Source: Patescibacteria group bacterium (lineage in GTDB: Bacteria; Patescibacteriota; Microgenomatia; UBA1400; PJMF01). From it: DNA of 64,000 nucleotides. The DNA lies in contig JBBDKV010000003.1 in the NCBI GenBank assembly GCA_040879165.1, positions 46,838 through 110,837 of the forward strand. The letters are read 5' to 3'. Positions 41,100 to 50,082 of this stretch are shown one piece after another; the first letter of the stretch is position 1; the number at the start of each line of letters is the position of its first letter. Under the pieces are notes generated by a model. It was not told where the DNA came from, did not search any database, and was given only the letters and a program-made list of their open reading frames with translations. The translations under genes and the position numbers were made by a program.

Positions 41100-42335
41100 A
41101 TGATCGCATTCTGCCTTCGCTCATATCACACATCACGCTTTCTTTTATTAGGCGTAGTATTTGTGGCTCTCGCTGCAATATTTTCCTCGATGGTCCACGC
41201 CCAAGACTGCGACCTAGAGTGTTCTGCAGACGATCAATCTGAAAATGAGTACTTTAGCTGCATAAGCGACAAGAAAGCATGTCTTGAATCACGCATCTCA
41301 GAAACTCAGGCACGCAGTAACACCCTTTCTAATACCATTAGCATTATCAATGGTCAGATTAATATTCAGGAGCTGCAAATTCAGCAGACACGCCTGGAGA
41401 TCGGCATGTTGGAGCGGGAAATCGACGAATTGAGTGAACGGATCAGCGGGCTCAATCTGTCTCTTGACCGACTGACATCGATGCTCGTAGCTCGAGTGCG
41501 TACTCATTATAAGGAAAGTCGGGTTTCTCCCCTGACTGCCCTGGCTAGCACAGGCTCATTTGCTGAGACATTTACTCGAGAACAATACTTAAATCTTGCT
41601 GGTCGCCAAACCGCCCTCGCTATGCAGCGTGCCGAACTCCAACGCATTCTTTACGATCAACAGAAAGAACTCAAAGAACTCAAGCAAGCCGAAGTGGAAA
41701 GCAAGCGTCAAGAACTGCAATCAGAACAGAATCAGCTGGCCAGTCAGCGGCAGGAACAACAATTTTTACTTCAAGAAACTCGGAGCAATGAGCAACGGTA
41801 CCAACAAGAACTCCAGCGAACACTGGCAGAAATTGCCGCTATTCAGTCAATTATTGCAGGTCAGGGTACTGAGACAGAAGTAGGCGGAGTTGACCGCGGC
41901 GAGCGAATAGCCAGCGTTATCGTTGGCGCAAGTACCTGCTCTACTGGCACGCATCTGCATTTTGAGGTAACTTCAGGGGGCACCCGTCGGGATCCGGCTC
42001 AGCACCTCAAGCCTGTTTCCATTGTCTGGAGCAACAGTCCTGACGGTGAGTTTGGCTTTAGTGGCGACTGGGACTGGCCACTCAACGATGCAGCCCGCAT
42101 CACTCAGGGCTACGGCATGACTTATTACGCCCGCGTGCGTCGCGCCTATGGGGGCTCACCCCACACCGGCATTGATATGACCAGCAAATCCGCTAATTAT
42201 GGGGTAAAAGCGGTACGATCTGGCACTTTATATCGAGGAAGTATCCGCTGTGGCGGCGGCCAGCTGCGCTACGTCAAGGTGGAACACGATGATGACGACT
42301 TGAGTACGTATTATTTGCATGTTAATTATATTTAG
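41100..42335 (+). CDS. Coiled-coil + M23 peptidase (CwlO/EnvC-like position), circularly permuted domain
   Basis: Signal peptide, long coiled coil, STGTHLHFEV followed later by HTGID. Confidence 0.85.
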   Translation: MIAFCLRSYHTSRFLLLGVVFVALAAIFSSMVHAQDCDLECSADDQSENEYFSCISDKKACLESRISETQARSNTLSNTISIINGQINIQELQIQQTRLEIGMLEREIDELSERISGLNLSLDRLTSMLVARVRTHYKESRVSPLTALASTGSFAETFTREQYLNLAGRQTALAMQRAELQRILYDQQKELKELKQAEVESKRQELQSEQNQLASQRQEQQFLLQETRSNEQRYQQELQRTLAEIAAIQSIIAGQGTETEVGGVDRGERIASVIVGASTCSTGTHLHFEVTSGGTRRDPAQHLKPVSIVWSNSPDGEFGFSGDWDWPLNDAARITQGYGMTYYARVRRAYGGSPHTGIDMTSKSANYGVKAVRSGTLYRGSIRCGGGQLRYVKVEHDDDDLSTYYLHVNYI

Positions 42336-42360
42336 AGATAGTGAAAAACTTGCAGCTACT

Positions 42361-42471
42361 CTATTTTAATTTTTTAAGATAGAAGAACAATCCAACCAAG
42401 ACCGCCATCAGAACGGTTGAAATAATAAAAATGTAATCGTCTCGAGAAAATGATTCCGCAAATAACTGCAT
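42361..42471 (-). CDS. Small single-TM peptide (36 aa)
   Basis: Read by hand: MQLFAESFSRDDYIFIISTVLMAVLVGLFFYLKKLK*. Confidence 0.5.
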   Translation of the reverse strand: MQLFAESFSRDDYIFIISTVLMAVLVGLFFYLKKLK

Positions 42472-42484
42472 AGCTGAAACTTAG

Positions 42485-42607
42485 CTACTTTTTACTATTC
42501 TTGCGTGAAACAATAATCAATAACATGCCCAGAATAAGAACTAGCTGACTGACTATAAGGAACGAGCCAGTGACGCTCGAGATGATTTCAGAGAGTTCAC
42601 TTGACAT
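42485..42607 (-). CDS. Small single-TM peptide (40 aa)
   Basis: Read by hand: MSSELSEIISSVTGSFLIVSQLVLILGMLLIIVSRKNSKK*; GAGG upstream; overlaps the previous ORF's stop. Confidence 0.55.
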   Translation of the reverse strand: MSSELSEIISSVTGSFLIVSQLVLILGMLLIIVSRKNSKK

Positions 42608-42800
42608 ATTTCCTCAATTCTAAGGCATTCTTAATTGACAGTAAAGCCGATAAAAATAACCAAACAACAATTAACAGGTCGTAGCTCTGTTGGTACTCGT
42701 CCTGACTAGCTAACTTCACTGCCATACCAACCAGTAATCCTTGAGCCACATGGATGTAAAAGTCAGATAGCATGATAGATTGTGCTTGATTAAGAGTCAC
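42597..42800 (-). CDS. Small two-TM membrane protein (67 aa)
   Basis: GTG start 7 nt after TATAAT; two hydrophobic segments. Confidence 0.55.
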   Translation of the reverse strand: MTLNQAQSIMLSDFYIHVAQGLLVGMAVKLASQDEYQQSYDLLIVVWLFLSALLSIKNALELRKYVK

Positions 42801-42891
42801 TAATCAAATTATATGTGATCAGCCTTACACAAACTGTAGCGTGCACATTTTTCCTCCTATGTAGCAGTAAAATCTTAATGCCCCATAACTA

Positions 42892-42920
42892 TTGACAGAA
42901 TGATACTATTGCATTAAAAT
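42892..42920 (+). promoter_or_regulatory. sigma70 promoter
   Basis: TTGACA-17-TAAAAT. Confidence 0.65.
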
Positions 42921-42979
42921 AGATGTTTAGATATAGTTATAACTAGTAAATAACTGACTTCTGCCCAGTGAAGGAATAT

Positions 42980-43348
42980 ATGAAACAGCTCGTTTTTAGC
43001 CTATTAATCGGCCTTTTTGCTTTTGGCGCCATCGCGTATCCAGCAACTGCACCAGTTCAAGCAACTACTGCTGAGCAAGAGCAGGAACAGAAATTGAAGC
43101 AAGAAGCTGAAGCGGAATGCAAAACTGGCTCATACGGTCAAGATTCAACTTGTGTACTCAAGCTCAAGCAAGAAGCTGAGCAACGTCAACGACAGCGCAT
43201 CTTGGGTCAAGTAACTGAAGATAAACCTGCAGCTGACAAAGTGCACGTCCCAGTGGACACTGCGCTTGACGGCACCACCCTCGCATTTGTACTCGGTACT
43301 GGCGGAGTGGGATCAGCAGCGTACATGATCAGACGCAAGTTGACATAA
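42980..43348 (+). CDS. Small exported protein with C-terminal TM anchor and basic tail
   Basis: AAGGA RBS, signal peptide, Cys pair, VPVDTALD followed by a hydrophobic stretch and RRK. Confidence 0.8.
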   Translation: MKQLVFSLLIGLFAFGAIAYPATAPVQATTAEQEQEQKLKQEAEAECKTGSYGQDSTCVLKLKQEAEQRQRQRILGQVTEDKPAADKVHVPVDTALDGTTLAFVLGTGGVGSAAYMIRRKLT

Positions 43349-43370
43349 ATTTAGATTTACAATACGCGCG

Positions 43371-43404
43371 ATAACCACTCCCTCAAAAGAGTGGTTATTT
43401 TATT
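43371..43404 (+). terminator. Intrinsic terminator
   Basis: ATAACCACTC-cctcaaaa-GAGTGGTTAT then TTTATT. Confidence 0.8.
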
Positions 43405-43436
43405 CGCTGGGGCTGTGAAATTTTAAGCCCATAAGA

Positions 43437-43465
43437 TTGACTAAAGTAAGTTATAGTGATATTAT
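43437..43465 (+). promoter_or_regulatory. sigma70 promoter with extended -10
   Basis: TTGACT-17-TATTAT, with TG at the extended -10 position. Confidence 0.7.
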
Positions 43466-43471
43466 ATAGTT

Positions 43472-44010
43472 CTAAATATATCGCTGCCCATCATACTATC
43501 CCAGGCAGCAACAGGAGGCAAAAGTAGCAGATGCATTCTTATTTACTCAAATAGTAAGTGTAGGCGTGCATCTGCTTCTTTTTTTCGTCGCTCTGCCAGC
43601 TTCGCGCTAGCAGTAGCGGTGACAAGTTGAAGTAGAGACTGGTTTTCTGAATTGCCTCCGGCGACTTGTTCGCCAACCTGGCGAAACAGAAAGCTCTTTA
43701 ACAGGCATACAGGAAATAAACTGGGGAAACCTAGTTATAGATAGCTATTTCTGGCTAGAAATAGTGTTCTCCTTGTAGCCCCTTACGCTCCATTAACGTG
43801 GTGCGGGTAACTGGCAGTTTCTCACAAAGCGAACTGCGAGCTGCCCGCATCATCCTAATATTCGGAAGCACAACGATGTGCAGAAGATATTAGGGCGATG
43901 GACTTTTGAGGAGGCTACGGGCGCAAGTTACAGCCTCCTCATATAAAGTTTTCTAACTTTGGGGCAGGCGCCGTGCTTGTCCCGATTTTTTCAATAAAGG
44001 AGAAAGTATC
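43472..44010 (+). ncRNA. Long, highly structured non-coding RNA or 5' leader of unknown class
   Basis: No ORF of 60 aa or more; at least 10 near-contiguous helices plus a long-range pair GGAGGCAA/TTGCCTCC. Confidence 0.6.
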
Positions 44011-45297
44011 ATGCGTAAAATTTTTTGGCTCATGATCATCGCAGCGCTCACCTTGAGTGCGTGCAACCCATTTTCTGCTTCAGAAGAAACCGAAGCCACC
44101 GCAGTGCCTACTCAAGAAGTTGTTGAGACTACGGCAACCCCGTCACCAACGCCCGACCCCACATCCGTGGCACTCACCACAGAAAACTCTCAGCTCAAGG
44201 CGCGTATGACGCGCACAGCTGATGAGAGTGCTCGGGAAGCAGTGGTGGCTGACGTTGGTAACTCACCAACCCCAGAACCACCTACGTTGCTCTCCCCAAG
44301 AGTACAGCAGGAAACAGTCGCACCGACCCCGGCTCCGACTGTGAATGTTGATGTGCTCGCCGCGAATATTGCGGCAAGCATGTCCTCGTACTTGCCTTCT
44401 GGCGCCCCGCCAGAGGTGCAGGTAGTCCTGCAAGAGGCTTCTCACGAAGCCGCCACACAGTTAGTGGCGGCTGGTGGCAACGAAGAAGACGCAGTCACCA
44501 TGGCTGCGTCCCTGTTCAATGCCCTTCGGGACGCGGGAGCGTTCTGTTGGGCCGATAAAACGGCCACGTGGTCCGAGAATTATTCGGCCAGTGGTGAATA
44601 CTTGGGACCTCAACGCCTCGAGATTAGCCAGCATCAGCAGAATGTCAGTCACCTAGATTACTATCGCGGGCCCGGATCGGCCGCGATTAGTATCTTAGTA
44701 CGTGGCGGTGAGGAAGCGGTGTTGTTGGGCAACGGCTCCCTCTGGGAATACCCAGGGGATCGTTGTAACGGGTTCGATTTCCTCGAGGATCTGTCGCTCT
44801 ACGCGGCAGGTCGTCCAGACTGGGGGCACTCGGGGTTGGTCTTCGCCAACCTGAGTGATGCGCTCAATGGGGAGCCAGCACTCAACCCTCGCGGTTTGAG
44901 TGCTAGCCAAATCGACGCGCTCCGGCCGATCCTCTTCACCGAGGATTCGGCAAAGTTGGCGCAGGTTCGTGCGGTCACCGGGTTCACCCCCGATGACCGC
45001 GAAGCGGCCTGCAAGGCCGTGCGGGAAGATCATCCCCCAGTGGACGGAAGTCCCTGGAGGATAAATGCGTCAGAGGGACCGGTCATCGTTAATTTTTGGT
45101 CCAATTGGCCTGGCATTGCCACAGCTGGCGAGGCCAAAATAATGATTCAGTCCGGCACCCTCGTCCTCCGGGGCGGCGGATCAGCCTTCTATTATCCCAA
45201 AGGCTGCGACGATGTCGCGGCTAAAGGATATGGGGAGAATCTAAACTCCCCATGGACTGTTGATGGGAGCCAATTGGAGCCCTACATCGTCCGATAG
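44011..45297 (+). CDS. GC-rich surface lipoprotein with P/T-rich linker and tandem Cys-flanked domains
   Basis: AAGGAG RBS, lipobox LSAC, TPSPTP linker. Confidence 0.85.
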   Translation: MRKIFWLMIIAALTLSACNPFSASEETEATAVPTQEVVETTATPSPTPDPTSVALTTENSQLKARMTRTADESAREAVVADVGNSPTPEPPTLLSPRVQQETVAPTPAPTVNVDVLAANIAASMSSYLPSGAPPEVQVVLQEASHEAATQLVAAGGNEEDAVTMAASLFNALRDAGAFCWADKTATWSENYSASGEYLGPQRLEISQHQQNVSHLDYYRGPGSAAISILVRGGEEAVLLGNGSLWEYPGDRCNGFDFLEDLSLYAAGRPDWGHSGLVFANLSDALNGEPALNPRGLSASQIDALRPILFTEDSAKLAQVRAVTGFTPDDREAACKAVREDHPPVDGSPWRINASEGPVIVNFWSNWPGIATAGEAKIMIQSGTLVLRGGGSAFYYPKGCDDVAAKGYGENLNSPWTVDGSQLEPYIVR

Positions 45298-45363
45298 ACG
45301 GCACCCGCCAGCTGCAGCGGTTCACCAAAAGCAGCTTAAAAAAATATTTCCTCGTATGCCTAC

Positions 45364-45425
45364 GTCCCCCTCTTCGGAGGGGGACTCCCCAAAGGGTACA
45401 ACTCGCTTGCGCCTTTTGGGGAGTC
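45364..45425. other. Two abutting GC-rich hairpins
   Basis: GTCCCCCTC-TTCG-GAGGGGGAC and GACTCCCCAAAGGG...CCTTTTGGGGAGTC. Confidence 0.75.
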
Positions 45426-45470
45426 AAAAAAAGCTCTGATATTTATAGGAAAATAAAAAGGAATAATACT

Positions 45471-45680
45471 ATGAAAAGTATTGCAATAAGCATCATTCTG
45501 GCCACTATCGTTTTTGGTGGTATTACGGGATATTGGGTGTATGCAACTCAAGCTCAGCAGGTACTCTTGACCAAACATGCAGCAGTTCAGGGCTGTATTA
45601 CTGTACTTCCAGAAGTCAATCCTGGCTGGTACAACAAGTGCATGGCAGAAAAAGGATATCAAACAAACTTAACGTACTAA
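45471..45680 (+). CDS. Small exported/membrane-anchored protein with a Cys pair
   Basis: AAGGA RBS, N-terminal TM, C...YNKCM.EKGY. Confidence 0.7.
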   Translation: MKSIAISIILATIVFGGITGYWVYATQAQQVLLTKHAAVQGCITVLPEVNPGWYNKCMAEKGYQTNLTY

Positions 45681-45713
45681 TCCGTATAAAATTAAAAAGC
45701 GGCTTAGATCTGT

Positions 45714-46691
45714 ATGCCTAATAATCAAGCTACCCAACCATTTGTCAGCGTCATCATGCCGGTTTATAACGCAGCGGCCTATTTACCACTGGCTATCGAG
45801 AGTATTCTTAAGCAGTCATATACCAACTGGGAGCTGATCATAGTTGATGATGCATCTACCGATGGCTCCTGGCAGATCATTCAGCACTATGTCAGAACTT
45901 CAACAGGTAAGATAACCGCTTACCAATTAGATAAAAATCACAATGCCGGCGGAGATACTGCGGCCAATATCGCCTACCAACATGCGAGCGGCCAGTACGT
46001 CGCCCGTATGGATGCGGATGACATTTCTCATCCAAAACGACTCCAACACCAAGTGAAGTTTCTGCAACAAAACCCACACGTTACCATACTCGGTACCAAT
46101 GCGGTGGTGATTGATAGTTCAGGCAAAAAAATGGGCAATAAAACCATGCCAGCTGAGCACAACGCGATCACGCAGGAATATTTTAGATATCACCCAATCA
46201 TCAATCCAACAGTGATGATTAATCGCTCACTCTTTCCTAATAAATCACAACTCTATCAACTCAAGAATAGCAGCAACAATGACTACTACACGTTCTTCAG
46301 ATTACTCTGTGACGGACATCAATTTGCAAATGTTCAAGAACCGCTACTGTCATACCGGATTCATGGACAAAATGATTCACTCGCCAATGTGAAGCGAAGT
46401 TTTAAGAATACCCTGTTAACACGCATCGAGATGGTGAAAAAGCATGGATATCGCCCATCACTTAAAAACTGGCTCATTACAGCAGCACAATTATCAATTA
46501 TTCTGATACTACCTGAAAAAGTGCTGTTCGAACTCTATCTGCACTTGCGTGGAATTAAAAAATTGAAGGCTCCTGCATTCACCAGCGTTACTGCTAGTTA
46601 TATAGCCAGTGTGCGGGCTGAACTACTTCGCTCTAGTATCAACTGGCGCCACAAAATTGCCAAAAAAGTACTCTATAACACACACTCATAA
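45714..46691 (+). CDS. GT2 glycosyltransferase
   Basis: VSVIMPVYN, DDASTDGS, RMDADD. Confidence 0.95.
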   Translation: MPNNQATQPFVSVIMPVYNAAAYLPLAIESILKQSYTNWELIIVDDASTDGSWQIIQHYVRTSTGKITAYQLDKNHNAGGDTAANIAYQHASGQYVARMDADDISHPKRLQHQVKFLQQNPHVTILGTNAVVIDSSGKKMGNKTMPAEHNAITQEYFRYHPIINPTVMINRSLFPNKSQLYQLKNSSNNDYYTFFRLLCDGHQFANVQEPLLSYRIHGQNDSLANVKRSFKNTLLTRIEMVKKHGYRPSLKNWLITAAQLSIILILPEKVLFELYLHLRGIKKLKAPAFTSVTASYIASVRAELLRSSINWRHKIAKKVLYNTHS

Positions 46692-49600
46692 TGCTACAGT
46701 TATGGAACACTCGCCTAAGAAATTTTTTCAAAACCCACATCGTCACACTAATACTACTGGGAGTTGTGCTCTCAATAGGCGCAGCTAGTTTTCAATCAGG
46801 AACATTCTTGCTTGGTTGGGATGTGACTGCTCCAGAGTTGGCAATTTCGCTGAATCTCGAACGCAGCATTTTTGGTGTCTGGCAAACCTATCGTGGACTA
46901 GGCACGCTCGACGGCATGGCACATGTTGCCAATGTAATTCACGTCCTCCTGATGGCTTTCTGGAAATTACTCGTGGGAATCGAGGCTGCTCGCCCACTCT
47001 GGTTGCTAATACTGTATGGACTTGGCATGCTTGGCTCAGCTGCTCTAACCAGACAAATCTTTGCAAATATTGCTAAAAAAACTGATACAAAAATCGAGAT
47101 GGCAGCAAGCTTAATCAGCGGATTGGCATACGGGTTGAACTTTTACGTGCTGCAAATGTTTTATGTTCCTCTGGAAGTGTTTGCCTATCAATTTGCTGCC
47201 TTACCATGGCTTTTGTGGTCAGCAGAACACTACTTAACTAACAGATCACACAAAGCACTTGGGGTTTTTGGATTAATTACCTTGTTGGGATTAGGTCAGG
47301 CTCATGTTCCCACTGTATTCATCAGCTCCGCCCTGCTATTTGGCTGCATGCTGCTCTGGAGACTGAGTGTAAATTGGAAAAAAAACCTACTCTCAGTTGT
47401 ATTATTAGGATTAGTATTTACCGGTATCAATGCATCGTGGATGTTGCCATACACCTACAGCGCCATACAAAAGCCAGACGTTATTGCAGGATCACACATC
47501 AACCAACTCTCTACACCAGAGATTTCAGCCAGAAATAAGTCGTGGGGCACTGTGCGTGGCGTCTCAACTATGGGGAGTTTTAACCTCGATTACTTGAGTT
47601 GGTCAGAAACACCAAAAAATAACATCTATATGATGGGTGACTGGCGAGAGCACTATTTTTCATTTACGTATCAATCAGTGACTTTTCTGCTGTTTGGGAT
47701 AGCTTTTTTCGGAGTACTTACTATGCTTATCAGGAGAAAGTGGCGCACAACGCAGAGCGTATGGATTCCAGTGACGTTCATACTCTTTTTTGCTTTATTA
47801 GCCAATAACTCAGCGTTGTTTGGCTGGGTGACTCAAGTTCTTACCGCTGGAGTGCCTTTTTTTGGAGAAGTCTTTCGCTTCACTTTTACCAAGTTCTCTC
47901 AGCCGTACGCACTGCTTTTGAGCGTGTTGCTCGGAATCGGAGTAGCCCAAGCTGCCCTACTTCTGCATGCACGCGGGCATCAGAAACGACAATGGCTACT
48001 AGTAATCTTCACGCTCATCTTAATTTTCACACACTCACTACCAATCTGGAAAAATGGTATATTTTACAAAGAACTCTGGGTGAGTGTTCCTCAAGAATAT
48101 TTTGGACTCACTGAGTACTTAAACACCAACACTTCAAGTACTGAAAAGGTAGCCATTCTACCAAGCCCAACTCTCTATGGCTGGACGAGCAACTCGTGGG
48201 GGCATAGAGGATCAGGATTTTTGTGGCAGATGGTGCGACCAGCAATGATGGATAGAGCTTTTGACGCATGGAGTACAGAAAACGAAACATACTATCAGCA
48301 GCTTAATACAGCCCTTAGCTCGCAGGACGAAACAGCTTTTTTTGCTGTCTTAAATCAATATAACATCGACTATATTTTGTATGATAGCAGTATTGTTGCT
48401 GGAACAAGTGAGCTTCAAACTGCTGAAAATCAAGTCATGAAAAACTGGTTGCTTGATCAATCAGAAGTGGTATTTATGGATGGCTACCTAACACTCTATC
48501 AACTAAATTCTTCTACTACGCATTCTCCGCTTCTCAGTACTGAAAATACTCCTATCCTCAGCGGCTCAACCCTACGCACACAACGGAACACGCTTCCTAC
48601 TCCGTATCTTGAGGCGAAAACTGGCTCTCAATTAGTTCAGAAAACACACCCATTTTTATGGGTAACACAACAAAAAATTGCCGACGAACGATTTCAATAT
48701 CGGCAAGAGGTACTCAGCTTGTCGCTGCCTTCCGTAGAGACTCCGACCACACTAACACTACCAAAACCAAATCAGGGAGCGCAACTCAACCTCCCCTTTA
48801 TGGTAATGGCAGATGACGAGAGGTTGATCTTTAACGGACTACCTATGGGTATCGTGACATCTGGAACAGAGGTAGAAGCGCTTGAAAACCCAATGTCATT
48901 TTCTCATTCAACCACAGCAATGAATGAGAATTCTACACTCCTAATTGAGGTGAATGAACAATTAATTGCGATTAATACCAATGAACAACCCACAGTCTGG
49001 CTGACGAAACTCAAGATGGATCAACCTATCAAGATTAGGGTGATTCAACATGATCAAATCGAAACTTTGACAGATGCCATCCTAAATGCAGAATCAAACT
49101 CTGAGACACGTATTCCAGCCAGTATCTGGGATGAATTTCCTGAGACAGAAATACCTATCAATCCGGGCAGAGAATCAGTTCAATTACATCTCTCTACCCA
49201 CGCAATTCAGATTTCCTTAGATGATGGTGCGCCAGTAGAAAACTGCGACTCTCTTGGGCGTGGATTCGTAACCGAAAGCATCGGGCGGGATGGTGTAGAA
49301 ATACGGTCACGGGGATTTGCGAATGCCTGTAAAGGCTTTCCATTACTTCCAGCGAGCTCTCATGAAAGTTTTTTCCTAAAGGCATCAGGCTCAAGTGACG
49401 CAGAAAGTGGACTACTTTTTGGGGTAGATCACTGGTCAACACCAAGATTGGCAACATATCAGATGCTCAATCCTGATGAAAATACAATTGTGATGTCAGT
49501 TCCATCTGCACCGCATCTTGCAAAGCAAGGTTCTTCACTGATCGTTGAAAATCGATCCTTCTCTGAAAAATTTGCTACTGCACAAATCCAAAGTATCGAA

Positions 49601-50023
49601 GTGTTTATGCCAAGCTACTCAATTGAATACCTACAAGATATTTTTATTCATCCAGAAAATGAACAGGTTAATACTAGTAGTGATGCTGCAATCCACACAG
49701 CTTCTGCAACTTTTCTCACACCTACTCAAATAAAAGTCAAACCAAGCAATAATTCAAGTCAGGCTAATACTTCTGCATTAGTTCTTTTACAAGCATATGA
49801 CCCCGGCTGGATTGCCTTTCCTTCAAACAAGCCATGGCAACGTCTTGAGCATGCTAAGTACAACGGGTGGGCGAATGCATGGCTGATTGATTCAGACAAT
49901 GAGGAGTTGACTATTTTATATCTGCCACAGTTACTAACCTATGCTGGATATACATTATTACTCACCACTCTGTTTTTTCTATTTAAGAGCTGGAGGCGAG
50001 AATCTAGACACTTCCTTGCTTAA
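46691..50023 (+). CDS. Large GT-C membrane protein (AftD/YfhO-like) with an extracellular domain
   Basis: ~12 N-terminal TMs, FRF..TKF, C-terminal AYDPGW...NGWANAW and a TM. Confidence 0.7.
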   Translation: MLQLWNTRLRNFFKTHIVTLILLGVVLSIGAASFQSGTFLLGWDVTAPELAISLNLERSIFGVWQTYRGLGTLDGMAHVANVIHVLLMAFWKLLVGIEAARPLWLLILYGLGMLGSAALTRQIFANIAKKTDTKIEMAASLISGLAYGLNFYVLQMFYVPLEVFAYQFAALPWLLWSAEHYLTNRSHKALGVFGLITLLGLGQAHVPTVFISSALLFGCMLLWRLSVNWKKNLLSVVLLGLVFTGINASWMLPYTYSAIQKPDVIAGSHINQLSTPEISARNKSWGTVRGVSTMGSFNLDYLSWSETPKNNIYMMGDWREHYFSFTYQSVTFLLFGIAFFGVLTMLIRRKWRTTQSVWIPVTFILFFALLANNSALFGWVTQVLTAGVPFFGEVFRFTFTKFSQPYALLLSVLLGIGVAQAALLLHARGHQKRQWLLVIFTLILIFTHSLPIWKNGIFYKELWVSVPQEYFGLTEYLNTNTSSTEKVAILPSPTLYGWTSNSWGHRGSGFLWQMVRPAMMDRAFDAWSTENETYYQQLNTALSSQDETAFFAVLNQYNIDYILYDSSIVAGTSELQTAENQVMKNWLLDQSEVVFMDGYLTLYQLNSSTTHSPLLSTENTPILSGSTLRTQRNTLPTPYLEAKTGSQLVQKTHPFLWVTQQKIADERFQYRQEVLSLSLPSVETPTTLTLPKPNQGAQLNLPFMVMADDERLIFNGLPMGIVTSGTEVEALENPMSFSHSTTAMNENSTLLIEVNEQLIAINTNEQPTVWLTKLKMDQPIKIRVIQHDQIETLTDAILNAESNSETRIPASIWDEFPETEIPINPGRESVQLHLSTHAIQISLDDGAPVENCDSLGRGFVTESIGRDGVEIRSRGFANACKGFPLLPASSHESFFLKASGSSDAESGLLFGVDHWSTPRLATYQMLNPDENTIVMSVPSAPHLAKQGSSLIVENRSFSEKFATAQIQSIEVFMPSYSIEYLQDIFIHPENEQVNTSSDAAIHTASATFLTPTQIKVKPSNNSSQANTSALVLLQAYDPGWIAFPSNKPWQRLEHAKYNGWANAWLIDSDNEELTILYLPQLLTYAGYTLLLTTLFFLFKSWRRESRHFLA

Positions 50024-50082
50024 TTTTTTACATTCAGTAACTTCCTACACTTCCCTAAAGACTCCTGCGCTAGACTTAGCGC

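Noticed and set aside
43472-44010. RNase P, tmRNA, T-box, or group I/II intron identity for the structured region
   Set aside because: No GAGGAAAGTCC, no tRNA-like ends, no GGTGGTACCGCG and no domain V. GTAGAGACTG and AAGATAT resemble group I R/S elements, but the P7 complement is missing and no gene is interrupted.
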